Part shown: piece after piece, positions 11,034 to 22,705 of the stretch
How the letters are laid out: every line of letters begins with the position of its first letter
Position numbering within the stretch: position 1 is the stretch's first letter
DNA from: Macrostomum lignano
Lineage: Eukaryota
Assembly: GCA_002269645.1 (NCBI GenBank)
Contig: NIVC01002877.1
Span: 1-64,000, forward strand
Length of the DNA: 64,000 nucleotides
Direction: 5' to 3'
Translations under genes and position numbers: made by a program
The notes under the pieces: generated by a model
What the model was told of the DNA's origin: nothing
What the model saw: the letters and a program-made list of their open reading frames with translations, nothing else
The model's database searches: none

Positions 11034-12034
11034 GGGTCGCCATCACAAGCTCGAAAAATCACATCGTCGAAACAGGGCTCCATCACAAGCTCGAAAAGTC
11101 ATGAGCTTGAAAAGTCACATCGTCGAAAACTGATTTAGCAACCACCATCACAAGCTCGAAAACGCACAAGCTCGAAAACTCACATCGTCGAAAAGTTTAG
11201 CAACCACCATCACAAGCTCGAAAAATCATATCGTCGAAAAGTTTAGCAACCACCATCACAAGCTCGAAAAATCATATCGTCGAAAAGTTTAGCTAACATC
11301 ATCACAAGCTCGAAAAGGCACAAGCTCTAACCCTAACCCTAACCCCAAGGCACTAACCCTAACCCTAAGGCACCAGTACCCTAGCCTAACCCTGAACCAT
11401 AACCCTAACCCCAACCCTAACCAAACCCTAAACCCTAACTTAAAGGCATTAGTTCTAACCCCGACCCTAACCCTAAACCCTAACCCTAAGGCACAAGTTC
11501 AACCCCAACCCTAAACTTAACCCTAAGCCCTAACCCTAAGGCACAAGCTCTAACCCTAACCCTATTCAAGCTTGTGATGGTGGTTGCTAACCTTTTCGAC
11601 GATGTGACTTTTCGAGCTTATGATGGTGGTTGCTAGACTTTTCGACGATATGATTTTTTGAGCTTATGACTTTTTGAGCTTGTGATGGTGGTTGCTAAAC
11701 TTTTCGACGATGTGATTTTTTGAGCTTATGACTTATCGAGCTTGTGGTGCGGCTGCTAAATCAGTTTTCAACGATGTGATTTTTCAAGCTTGTGAGTTTT
11801 CGAGCTTGTGATGGTGGTTGCTAAACTTTTCGACGATATGATTTTTTGAGCTTGTGATGGTGGTTGCTAAATCAGTTTTCGACGATGTGATTTTTCGAGC
11901 TTGTGAGTTTTTGAGCTTGTAATGGTGGTTGCTAAACTTTTCGACAATATGATTTTTCGAGCTTATGACTTTTCGAGCTTGTGATGGTAGATGCTTTTCA
12001 ACGATGTGATTTTTCAAGCTTGTGATGGGCCCCC
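11034..12034. mobile_element. Foldback/MULE-like non-autonomous element with modular TIRs, a (CCCTAA)n-like core and a 9-bp TSD
   Basis: TSD GCCAAGCTC at 11025-11033 and 12035-12043. Arms are built of CATCACAAGCTCGAAAAATCACATCGTCGAAAA modules in opposite orientation; core at 11327-11563. Confidence 0.85.
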
Positions 12035-12188
12035 GCCAAGCTCTACATGGCTCATTGGGAAAATAAATAATTGTCTTAAAATAAATAATTTTGCTTTGAC
12101 AATGAGCAAGCATTTCAAATTCTTTCATGCTTTATATTTTATTTAAGAAAATATCAAATTTATGATAGAAACAAGATGCAAAAACTTT

Positions 12189-14235
12189 TTTCTTAGCTAT
12201 AGAAGTTAATCTAATTAAAGGGTGCTTATTGATTATTGTTTATTAAAAAACCAACTTATATTAGCCTTCCATGTAACTATTAGGCTCCATATCCTAAATA
12301 ATAAAAAGGTGATTTGCTCAAGTGCATGCTTCATTATGTTTATTCCTTGTAGCTTTTAGATACTATTTGGTTCTAAATGAACAGCTCTAAACCAACTATT
12401 TCACAGTTAATCAATATAAGCAGATTGAAATTTCTTACTTTTACTCTATTATAATAATATAACATGATTATCAATCATTTTCTATTTTTTTTAATGTCAC
12501 TGAGTCAATAAGTAGCAATGATAGAATTTTCTAGAGATTTGGAAATCATAAAAATGTTGCATCATACCTATCTGAGTCAATAAGTAGCAATGATAGAATT
12601 TTCTAGAGATTTGGAAATCATAAAAATGTTGCATCATACCTATCTGAGTCAATAAGTAGCAATGATAGAATTTTCTAGAGATTTGGAAATCATAAAAATG
12701 TTGCATCATACCTATCTGAGTCAATAAGTAGCAATGATAGAATTTTCTAGAGATTTGGAAATCATAAAAATGTTGCATCATACCTATCTGAGTCAATAAG
12801 TAGCAATGATAGAATTTTCTAGAGATTTGGAAATCATAAAAATGTTGCATCATACCTATCTGAGTCAATAAGTAGCAATGATAGAATTTTCTAAAGATTT
12901 GGAAATCATAAAAATGTTGCATCATACCTATTATATAAAATAAATTTTAGCAAATGTTACTAGATAAAAGAATTTAAGAAGTAAAATAGTATAGTTTAAA
13001 AGCTTTTGTTTTATCTTTGGTATTTTTACTTCATTTTTATTCTGATTTCATGTTTCTATAATTTGCAATCTATCAGTTTTCCAAATGTATTTTAACAGGG
13101 TTTTATGTTATCTTATATAAACATGTTTTTTATGACTTTTCTATTTTTATTAGAGTATTTCTTGGATAAAAAAGAAAAACAAAAAGATATACATCCAAAA
13201 GCCAAAGAACAATGGCTAAAAACTTTACTAATAATGGCTACTTACTTGGCTATAAAGATTCTTAAGACTAGTTGGTTTTATTATTCAACTAGGGTCCCTA
13301 CAATTTTGATTTCAAGTTTGGTATCCTAGAGATTATATATATATTAAAAAACTTAGACCTATTCTTAATAATGATAAATTCAACTTGAATAGGTGCTTTA
13401 ATAATATAAAACATGTATTAAGGATATTCTATTATCTAATTTTCCATTAATACCACATTAGAAACTAATGTCTATGACCAAAAGAGATGCGAAACAGTAT
13501 TAATAAAACATGTTTAGCTTTTTAATTTTAAACTAAATGTTTGGCCATGGACAATACAGACAATAGTTTTGAATGCTTTGAATAAGGTATATTTATGGGT
13601 AAAATCTTAGGGTAGAAGTCTAATAAAAAATATAAATAGCCTACTTAGCTTTTTATTTTTAGCTAATTAATCCTATATATTAAATCATTTTTTATAGTTT
13701 TTTTATCCTTTTTGGCAAAACATTTTTTTACAAAGCATATTATAACATTAATTTAAACTTAAAAACAATATTATTAAACAAACTAAAGATTGCTTTATTT
13801 TCATTTGTTTTTATAATATATAGCAGGCCCTAATTTAAAACTTACATACTATTACTAGTATTAGCATTTCCTTATTTAGGCCTAGATTTAGAAAATTCTA
13901 TCATTGCTACTTATTGACTCAGTGACATTAGAAAAAAATTGAAAATGATTGATAATCATGTTATATTATTATAATAGAGATAAAAGTAAAAAAATTCAAT
14001 CTGCTTATATTGATTAACTGTGAAATAGTTGGTTTAGAGCTGTTCATTTAGAACCAAATAGTATCTAAAAGCTACAAGGAATAAACATAATGAAGCATGC
14101 ACTTAAGCAAATCACCTTTTTATTATTTAGGATATAAAGCCTAATAGTTACATGGAAGGCTAATATAAGTTGGTTTTTTAATAAACAATAATCAATAAGC
14201 ACCCTTTAATTAGATTAACTTCTATAGCTAAGAAA
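12189..14235. repeat. ~345-bp inverted repeats (12189-~12533 and ~13890-14235) enclosing a 72-bp tandem array and an AT-rich spacer
   Basis: TTTCTTAGCTATAGAAGTTAATC... at the left is the reverse complement of ...GATTAACTTCTATAGCTAAGAAA at the right. Confidence 0.85.
12501..12929. repeat. 72-bp tandem repeat, about 6 copies
   Basis: Unit starts at 12501, 12573 and onward; gives the 24-aa periodic ORF 12497..12925. Confidence 0.95.
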
Positions 14236-15835
14236 TCTAGAAGCCTAGATTTAGGCCTATTTTTAAAAAAATTATAAGCCTATCCTCTTTATATAATTGA
14301 TTACTATATATTATATTAGGCCTTATATTACTAAAATATATTTTACAAACAAACTGTTTAAAATGGTCAAAGGTCAAGTTAGACAAAAATGCTTAATAAA
14401 AAATATATTGTTTGATTCTAATATTTTTATATTTAGGCCTTTGGGCAATCTTCTCGAATTATTATTTCTGGAATTATTTCGCCCTCTATTCAAGGGTGGT
14501 GGGAGGTGGGGGTTGAAATTAAAAAAAACGATTCGAGAAGATAGCTGGCCTTTGATCAAGCATTAAAGACTAAAGTTAATACTAGGCCTAAGTTTATAAA
14601 TATTTATTTTATTTTTATTGTTTTTATTTTATTGATAAGAATAGGCCTAGGCATAGGCCCCCTACTCATATGTAGGCCCTAGCCATAAGCAAAAGGATAG
14701 GGCCTAGTCTTACTCCTAGATAGGTCCAAGTCTGATATATAGCCATGGTCATAACTTCTAAGTCTAAAAGTAAGACTAGGCCTAAAAATATAATATAATA
14801 TAATAATATAATATAGATGGCCAATGTAAAATTAATATTTATTTAAGGCTTAGGCTTATATAAAAATATCAATTAGGGCTTATTGGCTTTTAAGACTAGG
14901 TCTATAATATAATCCCAAGTAAATCTTAACTCTTAAGGACTTAGCCTAGCCTATGCAATATTACTAATGTCAATGAACCAGGCCCAACAAACTAGTAACT
15001 AGGGCCTAGCTTATTCTAGCATTAAACTAGGCATAATTCACTCAGCTACACTAGGGGGCCTAAATCTCTAAAATCTTAAATAATAGGCCTAGTAAAAACT
15101 AAATTAGTAAGATCTACTAGGTCTATCTAGGCTAATGATGATAGGCGAGGGCCTAGGGGCCTAATGATATCTTTTACTAGGCCATAAATAACTTCTATAA
15201 GCTAGTTATTATTACTAATATTACACATGAAATCGTGATGAAAGAGAACTTTGTGCTGGCCTACAGATACAGTTCAAGTTAATCAATATACCCTGCGTAT
15301 CAATGAATACCTACACTTTACACCTATACGGTAGTATAATGGCGATGCTGATAGCTTTTATCCGTCGGTTACGCCAAGTTCATAAATGGAAAGTAAACAA
15401 CTCTGCGTACTTTTATCTCTTCAGTACGTTGTGTAAATTAATATAGTAACTCTTCTTCAGATGATGTTCAAGGTTACGCAAGAGATAGAACAAATTTTTA
15501 GAATTTTATACGATGAATTACTCAACTAAAATAGCACCATGCGAAGTTTATATCGTACCTATAAATTTTATTTATGCAAAAAGAGAATAAATTAGCAAAA
15601 ATCATACAAAGTATACTTTCTGGTGACAGAAGCTGTCGCCCATGTTGAATCTTCTGTCCAGAAAGCGCCGAACGTTTTGACTTTTCGCCAGCATACAAGG
15701 CACTGGTGAAATCTGATTGCATGCTTGTATGCTACTACTGATAGAGTTTTAATTCTCATCTCAGTTTCATTGGACCATTTTCTAGTTAAAAAAATATTGT
15801 ACATGTGCAGTACATGTATATATAAATGCGATGTT

Positions 15836-16350
15836 GCCGTGGACTTGTCGGGACTGCCTTCGGTTCCGTGAGGGCTGTCATACAGTCTGAGGCCCTGCCT
15901 GACCGCCAGAGGGCGGTGTTGTTCCAGGCGGCGATCGAGACCGTCCTGTTGTACAACGCCAAGATCGGGACGCTGACGGATTCGCTCGAACAGCAGGTCG
16001 CTCGAACAGCAGGCACGCTGGCCTGCTGCGCGCCGCCTTCAAGATCGCTTACTAGCGAGTCACCAACGCAATAATCTCGGCCTGTTCCATCCCAGCGAAC
16101 TGTTGTGCCTAGGATTATCCGAGCTGATCGAGTCGTACTGCCCAACTGCCTGCCACAACGGGCGCGGGTGCAGGAGGTGCGCTGCTGCTGATCGCTGCAG
16201 GCGCCCTACCGCGGCGAGGCAGGCACGCACTCGGCATTTCATCGACTGCCTGTTGGCTGATGCCATGGCCAGCGCCCCGGACACTGCTGGCGGTGCGGCC
16301 TACGTTCGCGCCCAGGCCCTGTATACGCGCCCTGTGACATTGTCCATCGC
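15836..16350 (+). mobile_element. Degenerate 3' fragment of a non-LTR (RTE-like) retrotransposon
   Basis: GC-rich island; LFQAAIETVLLYNAKIGTLT resembles the post-RT motif LF.A.VESVLLYG.E.WTLT. A related copy lies at ~45 kb. Confidence 0.65.
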
Positions 16351-17540
16351 TTGACTGCTGGCTGACAATGTACATGTATTTTGTTGTGTTGTTGTGTTGC
16401 ATGTACGAGTATTGTACATGTGCATGTACATACACGTGTAACATCAATTTACAGCAAGGTAGGTACTCCAAGTACTTGTAATCAATTGTTCAATTTACGT
16501 AATATAGTTTTGTTGATTCAGTTGTGATAAACTACATGTAGCTCGTTAAAGAAATATCCTGCAGCAGAATATTTGTAAAGAATATAAAGAATTAGGGCCT
16601 AAAATAATATCTTGGTTCGAATGAGCCGTATAAGCACAGCTGGAGTATTTAGTACATGTACAATATATATTGGTTGAAGCTGTCGTTGCAAGGGGGATAT
16701 AACCAGCTTCAGTTTTGATAAAAAATGCCACTGCTAAAACAATAAATATCCTTATCAAATGTCCTGATTATCAAGTTTACGTGTAACAGCTAGTAAAAGA
16801 GCGAAATACATATATATGCATGCAGTTGGTTGGTTTGTCACAACGCGAGCTCTTTGCAAGACGCAAATAAAAAAGCAGCGCTGGTTGCCCCATGGTTTGA
16901 CATTAGCTAGACTTACATGTAGGATGTCTGATTGCCCGAGATATCTGTCCGGTCAAGCGCCAATAAGTAAATGCCTGGACTGAGGCACTTTCAGTGTACA
17001 TTTTAGCTCATGCATGGTGTACACTTTCACGAGGAGCATAGATGTATATGCAGAAATATTTTTTAGTATTTACGACTATGTAGCTGTTGTATAAAATTTA
17101 CTTCCTAGCAAAGCAATTGCCGGTTACTCATGCATGCAGCTGAAGCTAGTGTAAATCAGCTTCAGTCGATCATTGAAAGTTCGGAACGACGTAAAAAGTA
17201 AAATTTTAGAAGGCTCAAAAGGCACGCGTTTTTCTATACAATATCTGGGAGTGTCAAAGCAGGAGTTTACAGAAACAGTTAGTGAGAATTGGGGGCGTCC
17301 AGGGGGCTGGGGTACATGTACTGTACATGTAAGAACGTGCGAGCTGGCCAGAAATATTGTACAAAGGACATATTGAGGCGTTCAATGAAGCATGGTGCTT
17401 TCAGAGCACATATGCTGCATATGAAGATGGAGCTCGAGTTTTTAGGAGCGCAGAGCATTAAGTCAATCAATAATTAATAATAAAAACTGATTACACCTGC
17501 CCTAATTAGACAGATGATGTGCAACCAACCAGCTCAGCCG

Positions 17541-17655
17541 CAGCTATTGCGCGGCGCACCTGAAGGCTGCGTACGGCTGTTCAGTCCAAGGACTGGGGGG
17601 TCGCCACACACCCTCAATTACCCCAGCTAATCCTGGCACCCATTTTACCACTGGG
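17541..17655 (-). mobile_element. Partial second copy of the CORE-SINE (tail part)
   Basis: Aligns to ~10740-10855 (GCTATTG...CACCTGAAGGCTGC...CCCTCAATTAC.CCAGCTAAT.CTGG). Confidence 0.75.
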
Positions 17656-17696
17656 CCCTGCGCACTCGGGGCTGCTCCGTGCATGAAAATATTAAT

Positions 17697-18047
17697 TGTT
17701 AACAAGAGATTCTTAAGAACTGAGAACTCAGCACTTGACGGCTAGCCTCGCAATTGACAATCGTAGCAGAACAAAATCAAAAGGGTACGCGCAGTCTACT
17801 CTTGAGCAAGAATAAATATAAATAAATTATATTTATTCTCAATATAATATATGGCGGGGTTGACACAGGCTTTAGCGGGGGGGTTGTAAGTGTGCATGAC
17901 TTGCAATGTACGTTATAACAAATCAATATGGAGGCGGTGAGAAAAGGTGGCGTGAGGCGCGGAGGGTGGCAGGTCCACTAGGCGAAGCATGAGTATAAGT
18001 AAAAGTACTGACGTACAATCAATAAGAAACCTTCACTCTTCAATCCA
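17697..18047 (-). repeat. 3' LTR
   Basis: Matches 22192-22542; I found two substitutions by eye. Confidence 0.95.
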
Positions 18048-18060
18048 TACCTCCCTTCTT
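18048..18060 (-). promoter_or_regulatory. Polypurine tract
   Basis: AAGAAGGGAGGTA immediately before the 3' LTR TG on the minus strand. Confidence 0.8.
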
Positions 18061-18695
18061 GGCATGAGCACATGCCAACAACAAAGAGCACCTCGAACAA
18101 AGATCTTAAAAATGGAAACATTCAATTATTATAGTACCGCGTACTTTTCAGGAAAAAAGTTAAATCGCTAGGATGGAATACGCTTGACAAAATGACAAAG
18201 TAAAAATAGGATCAAATAATTAGGTTAGTAAACGAATCACGGGGATGCGATAAATATTCGAATTAAATTAGCAAACGTGAATGAACCTGAAACGTAGCGT
18301 ACAGTGCGATGAAATGAGCAATGAATGAGAAATGAGGATAAACGCCAAAAAAGCAAAAAAACACAAAAAACATGAAAAACAGAAAACAAACACAAAAAAC
18401 AGACAACAAAAACTCCCAAGTCAGCAGACATGAAAAAAACACAATGCGATAGAACCAAACTGGATTTAATGCGCAGGGAAGCAAAACTCTCAAAAGCCAC
18501 AAAAGAAAAATTTAGCGCCAAAATGTAGCGCCAACCCATCACCAAAATAGCTTGAAACTGAAAACATCGAAAATTGAAACGCATGCAACGGCTAATCAAA
18601 AGTTACAGAAATAATCGCTAAGTCGCACAAATTTTTCAATAAATTAAAGTTTTGCCAAAATCTTAACTAGTCAGTTCTAAAGCCTCACTTCGTGA

Positions 18696-21600
18696 TTAGC
18701 GGACGCAGCCTCGCAGTCGGCCTCGCGGAGGCCTTGCCAACCAGCTGCACTTTTGCAACTCGCACCCGTCTCTCCGCGGCAGCCAGCAGATGGTTGCGAA
18801 TCGAGCTGTCTCGCCTTGCATGCAGATGCGCCGCTTTGAGCTCGAGAACCTGGTCGCCATGGTCGGGTCTAATCGTCTGACCGCTGATCGTTCCTCATTC
18901 ATGCTAACGACTGTGCTCCGACCAGTCACCCTTTGTCCATGCCACCAGCTGTCAACCTCCGTCAGCTGCTTCGCTGAAGTTCCTTGAGACAACGCATCAG
19001 CTGGATGGAATTCGGTCGTGACACACCTCCACTGGTCCGGATCTGTGACAAACTTGGTCTCTCCAATGCGGTTCGCACCAAACGGCTGGTCAAATTTAAA
19101 GGTGCACTCTTTCCGATCGCTTCTTAATTCTACACCAAGCGTCTTGATGGATGGCATCGGTGTCCATTCCAATGTTACTTCGGCTACTCGATCTTCTGGT
19201 GGCACTCTGCTCAACAATTCTCGCGAATTGGACATCCATTTCCTGGAGTGCATGCCTGCACGCTCCCAGCGAGTCTTCAACTCTTGAAACAGCTGGATCG
19301 CCTCAGCCTCTGACCCGACCGAATCTAAACAATCGTCCATATAGGTGGAGTTGAGAACAGCGTCTGCAGCTAATGGCAGCTCTTCTTTCAGGCGTTCCGC
19401 ATGCTCACGAACTACGAACTGAGCAAGAAACGGCGAGCTCGAGTTGCCGAAAACGATGCGTTTGGTCTCAAAAATTTCAACAGGCTTGCTAGAGTCCATC
19501 TCACGGCATAGAAAGCTATGCGTCGGCCTGTCCTCTGGCGCCATTTCGATCTGGAGGTACATCTCGGAGATGTCACAAGCCACAGCCACTGCATCTCTCC
19601 TGAAGCGAAGCAGAACGTCAAACAATTCTCGCTGAAGCTTCGGCCCTGGGAAGACCAGAAAGTTTAACGACTTTTCGTTCCCGCCCGCCGAGGCATCGAA
19701 GACGATTCGAACCTTTTTCGTCAGCTTGTCGAATCGAATGATCGGAAAATGCAGCAGAAAACACCTTCTGGCTGTGAACCCCTCTACTGCAACGTGCCGA
19801 ATGTAGCCTTGTTGCCCATATCGCTCTAGGCATGCTTGGTATTGCTTTGCCACCTCCAGATCCTTCTTCAACCGGGTCTCCGTGTTACAAAGCTGTATGA
19901 TCGCCATCTCATAGTTATTCGAGCGAACTTTCGCCTCTGGCTTCCACGGAATTCCCACCTGGTATCGGCCGTTTGTTAGCTTTAATGAAGACTTGGCTTG
20001 CTCGACTACAGCTTGCTCATCCGCTGTCCAATTTTGATCTTGAGCTGGCCGGATTTCTTCGACCTCCCAGAACTTGCGCAGCACTGGTGACAGCATCTCC
20101 TCGCTGGTGACACAGAAAAATGTGCTGGCCAAGTTTGTCTGATGCTGAATCTGTTCTACTGGACCCACACCTGTCCATCCAAGGGGAGTCAAACGTGCCT
20201 GTGGCTCCCCAGGGCCACCGCGAACTTCTCGGTAAGACACGTGTAACTCCGCATGATCTACTCCTATCAGCAGGTCTATGAGATGCGGCGCATGGAGCTG
20301 AGGAAATGGAAATACGCTCCAGATGTTTCCAATCCACTGCTGTCGTCTGCCAATCCGTGGCCTTCAGCTTCCCGGTGACACTGTCTGTCGTGAATGCCGT
20401 GATAGGACGACTCAGACTTCCATCTACACTTTCGAGCGTCATCGTAACCGGAGCTGTCAAGAATGCCTCTGTCTGTCCGTTCAAAACGTTCACTTTCAGT
20501 CGCTCCACATTGCCCTCCAGTCCCAGAGCTTCAGCAATCTCTGCATTCACATACGTCCTTGTACTCGCGTCGTCCAACAGTGCGTTCACCTTCACTACAC
20601 GGCCGCCTGCCTTGAGAACTACTGGAACTGTTCGCAGCGACGTTGCACTTCCACTTCCTGCCATCATAGTTACGGCGGCTCCTTTGCGACCCGACTCAGC
20701 GCTCTTTTTGCCTCCTTCGGTCGGAGAATTCTTCTTCGACTCAGTTTTTGCAGCCTCGTCAGAATGCAGCAAGCGGTGGTGAAACTTGTTGCATTCACCT
20801 ATTCCACATCGGCGTCCATGACGGCATATCCGAGCAGCATGACCGCGAGCTAAGCAGAAAAGCATGATTTCGAATCTTGCGCAGCCTTCCACCGATTTTC
20901 AATTGACAGCTGTCTAAATGTTGGACACTTCCACAGCTCATGTTGATCTTGACACAGCAAACAAGATTTTGACGGAGACGCTTGTTGATTATCTGCAAGA
21001 AACGTTTTGGACCGCGTCTCCTTCTTAACCTTCTTTTCACTCGTCACACCGTGCACAATCTCCATGGCTTCTGTCTGGAAAGCGGCCTCCATCAGCACCC
21101 ACTCACGTAACATCTTTACGCTCTCTTGCCTATGTCCTTCGAATAGCCAACGCCGGTAACGCGCCACCATCTGCTCAGGGAGCTTCTTCTGCAACTTTGC
21201 GTACAACAACCCGTCAGTCAATTCTGAGACCTTACCAGACTCTCGAGATTGACAACTGCGACATCTAACAGATTAGAGAATTGCTTAAGCTCTTTTGCAT
21301 TGGTGGAGCGGATGGGTGGAAAGTTATCGAGCTCTTCAAGATACAGAGCGATACGTCGGCGGCTGCCCCCAAATTCGCGTTCCAACCTGTCTTTGGCAGC
21401 CTCGTAAGCAGCGGCAGAGTGACCCAGATGTTCGACTAATTTCAAAGCCGGCCCTTGAAGATATTGACGGAGTTGAAGCAATATGAACTCCGGCTTGGCA
21501 GGAGCTCTATCAATACAAGCAGTAAAGGCGGCTTTCCAAGATTCGTACTGCTGCTTTTCGCCGCCGAACTTTGGGATCTCTACACGCCGAAGCATCTTCC

Positions 21601-21982
21601 AAAGATCCTTTGCTAACTCGGCTTCACCGCTGCTAGTCTGAGAATGGCCCGCCTCACTTACAGAGTCATCAATACTACTGGCACTCACAACCGGCATTGC
21701 CGTAGCCGCAGTCGCCGCCGTCGTCGCCGTCGTTGCAGTCGCCGCAGTCGCGGCAGTCGCCACAGGCGCAGCAGTCACGGCAGTCTGATGAGCAGTGATG
21801 AATTGAGTGACACATTTCATAGTGTCTTGAAACTGCTGCTCCACTTGATCCAGCTCGTCCAGAAGTTTGTCTCGAGCTTCTTCTGTGGCTTCTTGCTGAA
21901 GGAGCTCATCATAGAATTTATCAAGTAGCTTCACGCACTCATGCTGCAGTGGCTGCATCGCACGCTTGCTGGATCGCTTCAT
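18696..21982 (-). pseudogene. BEL/Pao gag-protease-RT, frameshifted
   Basis: Gag with DUF1759-like IPKFGG...W..F, Cys/His knuckles (CLLCQDQHELWKC; CRHGRRCGIGECNKFHHRLLH), protease ALLDDAS, RT VFDAS / DISEMYLQI / YMDD, and an RNase H tail QWR.V.T..HPADALS. Confidence 0.9.
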
Positions 21983-22170
21983 GATCGGTGTCGCTTTGTA
22001 GCAACAGTACCAGCCGGTTTCGAGTCCTAGTTGCTGCAGACTTCGTTCTTGCCTTCACTCGTCGAAACTGTTCGATGCGAAGCCGCTCCTCAGTGCTGAT
22101 CTCTTTTTATTCTTCATCTTCTGAGCAGCCAGTCTGCTGCTGATTCGATTCGTGGCTGGCCATTTACCTA

Positions 22171-22188
22171 AACCACGCTCTGCTACCA
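22171..22188 (-). promoter_or_regulatory. Primer-binding site complementary to initiator tRNA-Met
   Basis: TGGTAGCAGAGCGTGGTT begins 3 nt inside the 5' LTR boundary. Confidence 0.85.
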
Positions 22189-22191
22189 AAA

Positions 22192-22542
22192 TGTTAACAA
22201 GAGATTCTTAAGAACTGAGAACTCAGCACTTGACGGCTAGCCTCGCAATTGACAATCGTAGCAGAACAAAATCAAAAGGGTACGCGCAGTCTACTCTTGA
22301 GCTAGAATAAATATAAATAAATTATATTTATTCTCAATATAATATATGGCGGGGTTGACACAGGCTTTAGCGGGGGGGTTGTAAGTGTGCATGACTTGCA
22401 ATGTACGTTATAACAAATCAATATGGAGGCGGTGAGAAAAGGTGGCGTGAGGCGCGGAGGGTGGCAGGTCCCCTAGGCGAAGCATGAGTATAAGTAAAAG
22501 TACTGACGTACAATCAATAAGAAACCTTCACTCTTCAATCCA
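22192..22542 (-). repeat. 5' LTR
   Basis: Direct repeat of 17697-18047. Confidence 0.95.
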
Positions 22543-22705
22543 TTAATTGTTAATGAAAGTATGACAAAGGAATAAGGTATGCCTTCTGAATGTTATCCAG
22601 TGGCCATGTGTTATATTTGATGAATAAAATCCGCTTTGAAATCATCAAGTTGTCGTCAATGCGAGCGGACATGATAATTACCATTGTTTATTTCAGTACG
22701 CCAAA

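Larger units (their letters stand above)
17697..22542 (-). mobile_element. BEL/Pao LTR retrotransposon, non-autonomous (most of RNase H and all of integrase deleted)
   Basis: 351-bp LTRs with TG...CA ends, 5-bp TSD TTAAT (17692-17696 and 22543-22547), PBS, PPT, and gag, protease and RT remnants. Confidence 0.95.

Noticed and set aside
11327-11563. True telomere or chromosome fusion site
   Set aside because: Short, degenerate, single orientation, and enclosed by TIRs with a 9-bp TSD.
12497-12925. 142-aa periodic ORF
   Set aside because: Translation of the 72-bp tandem repeat.
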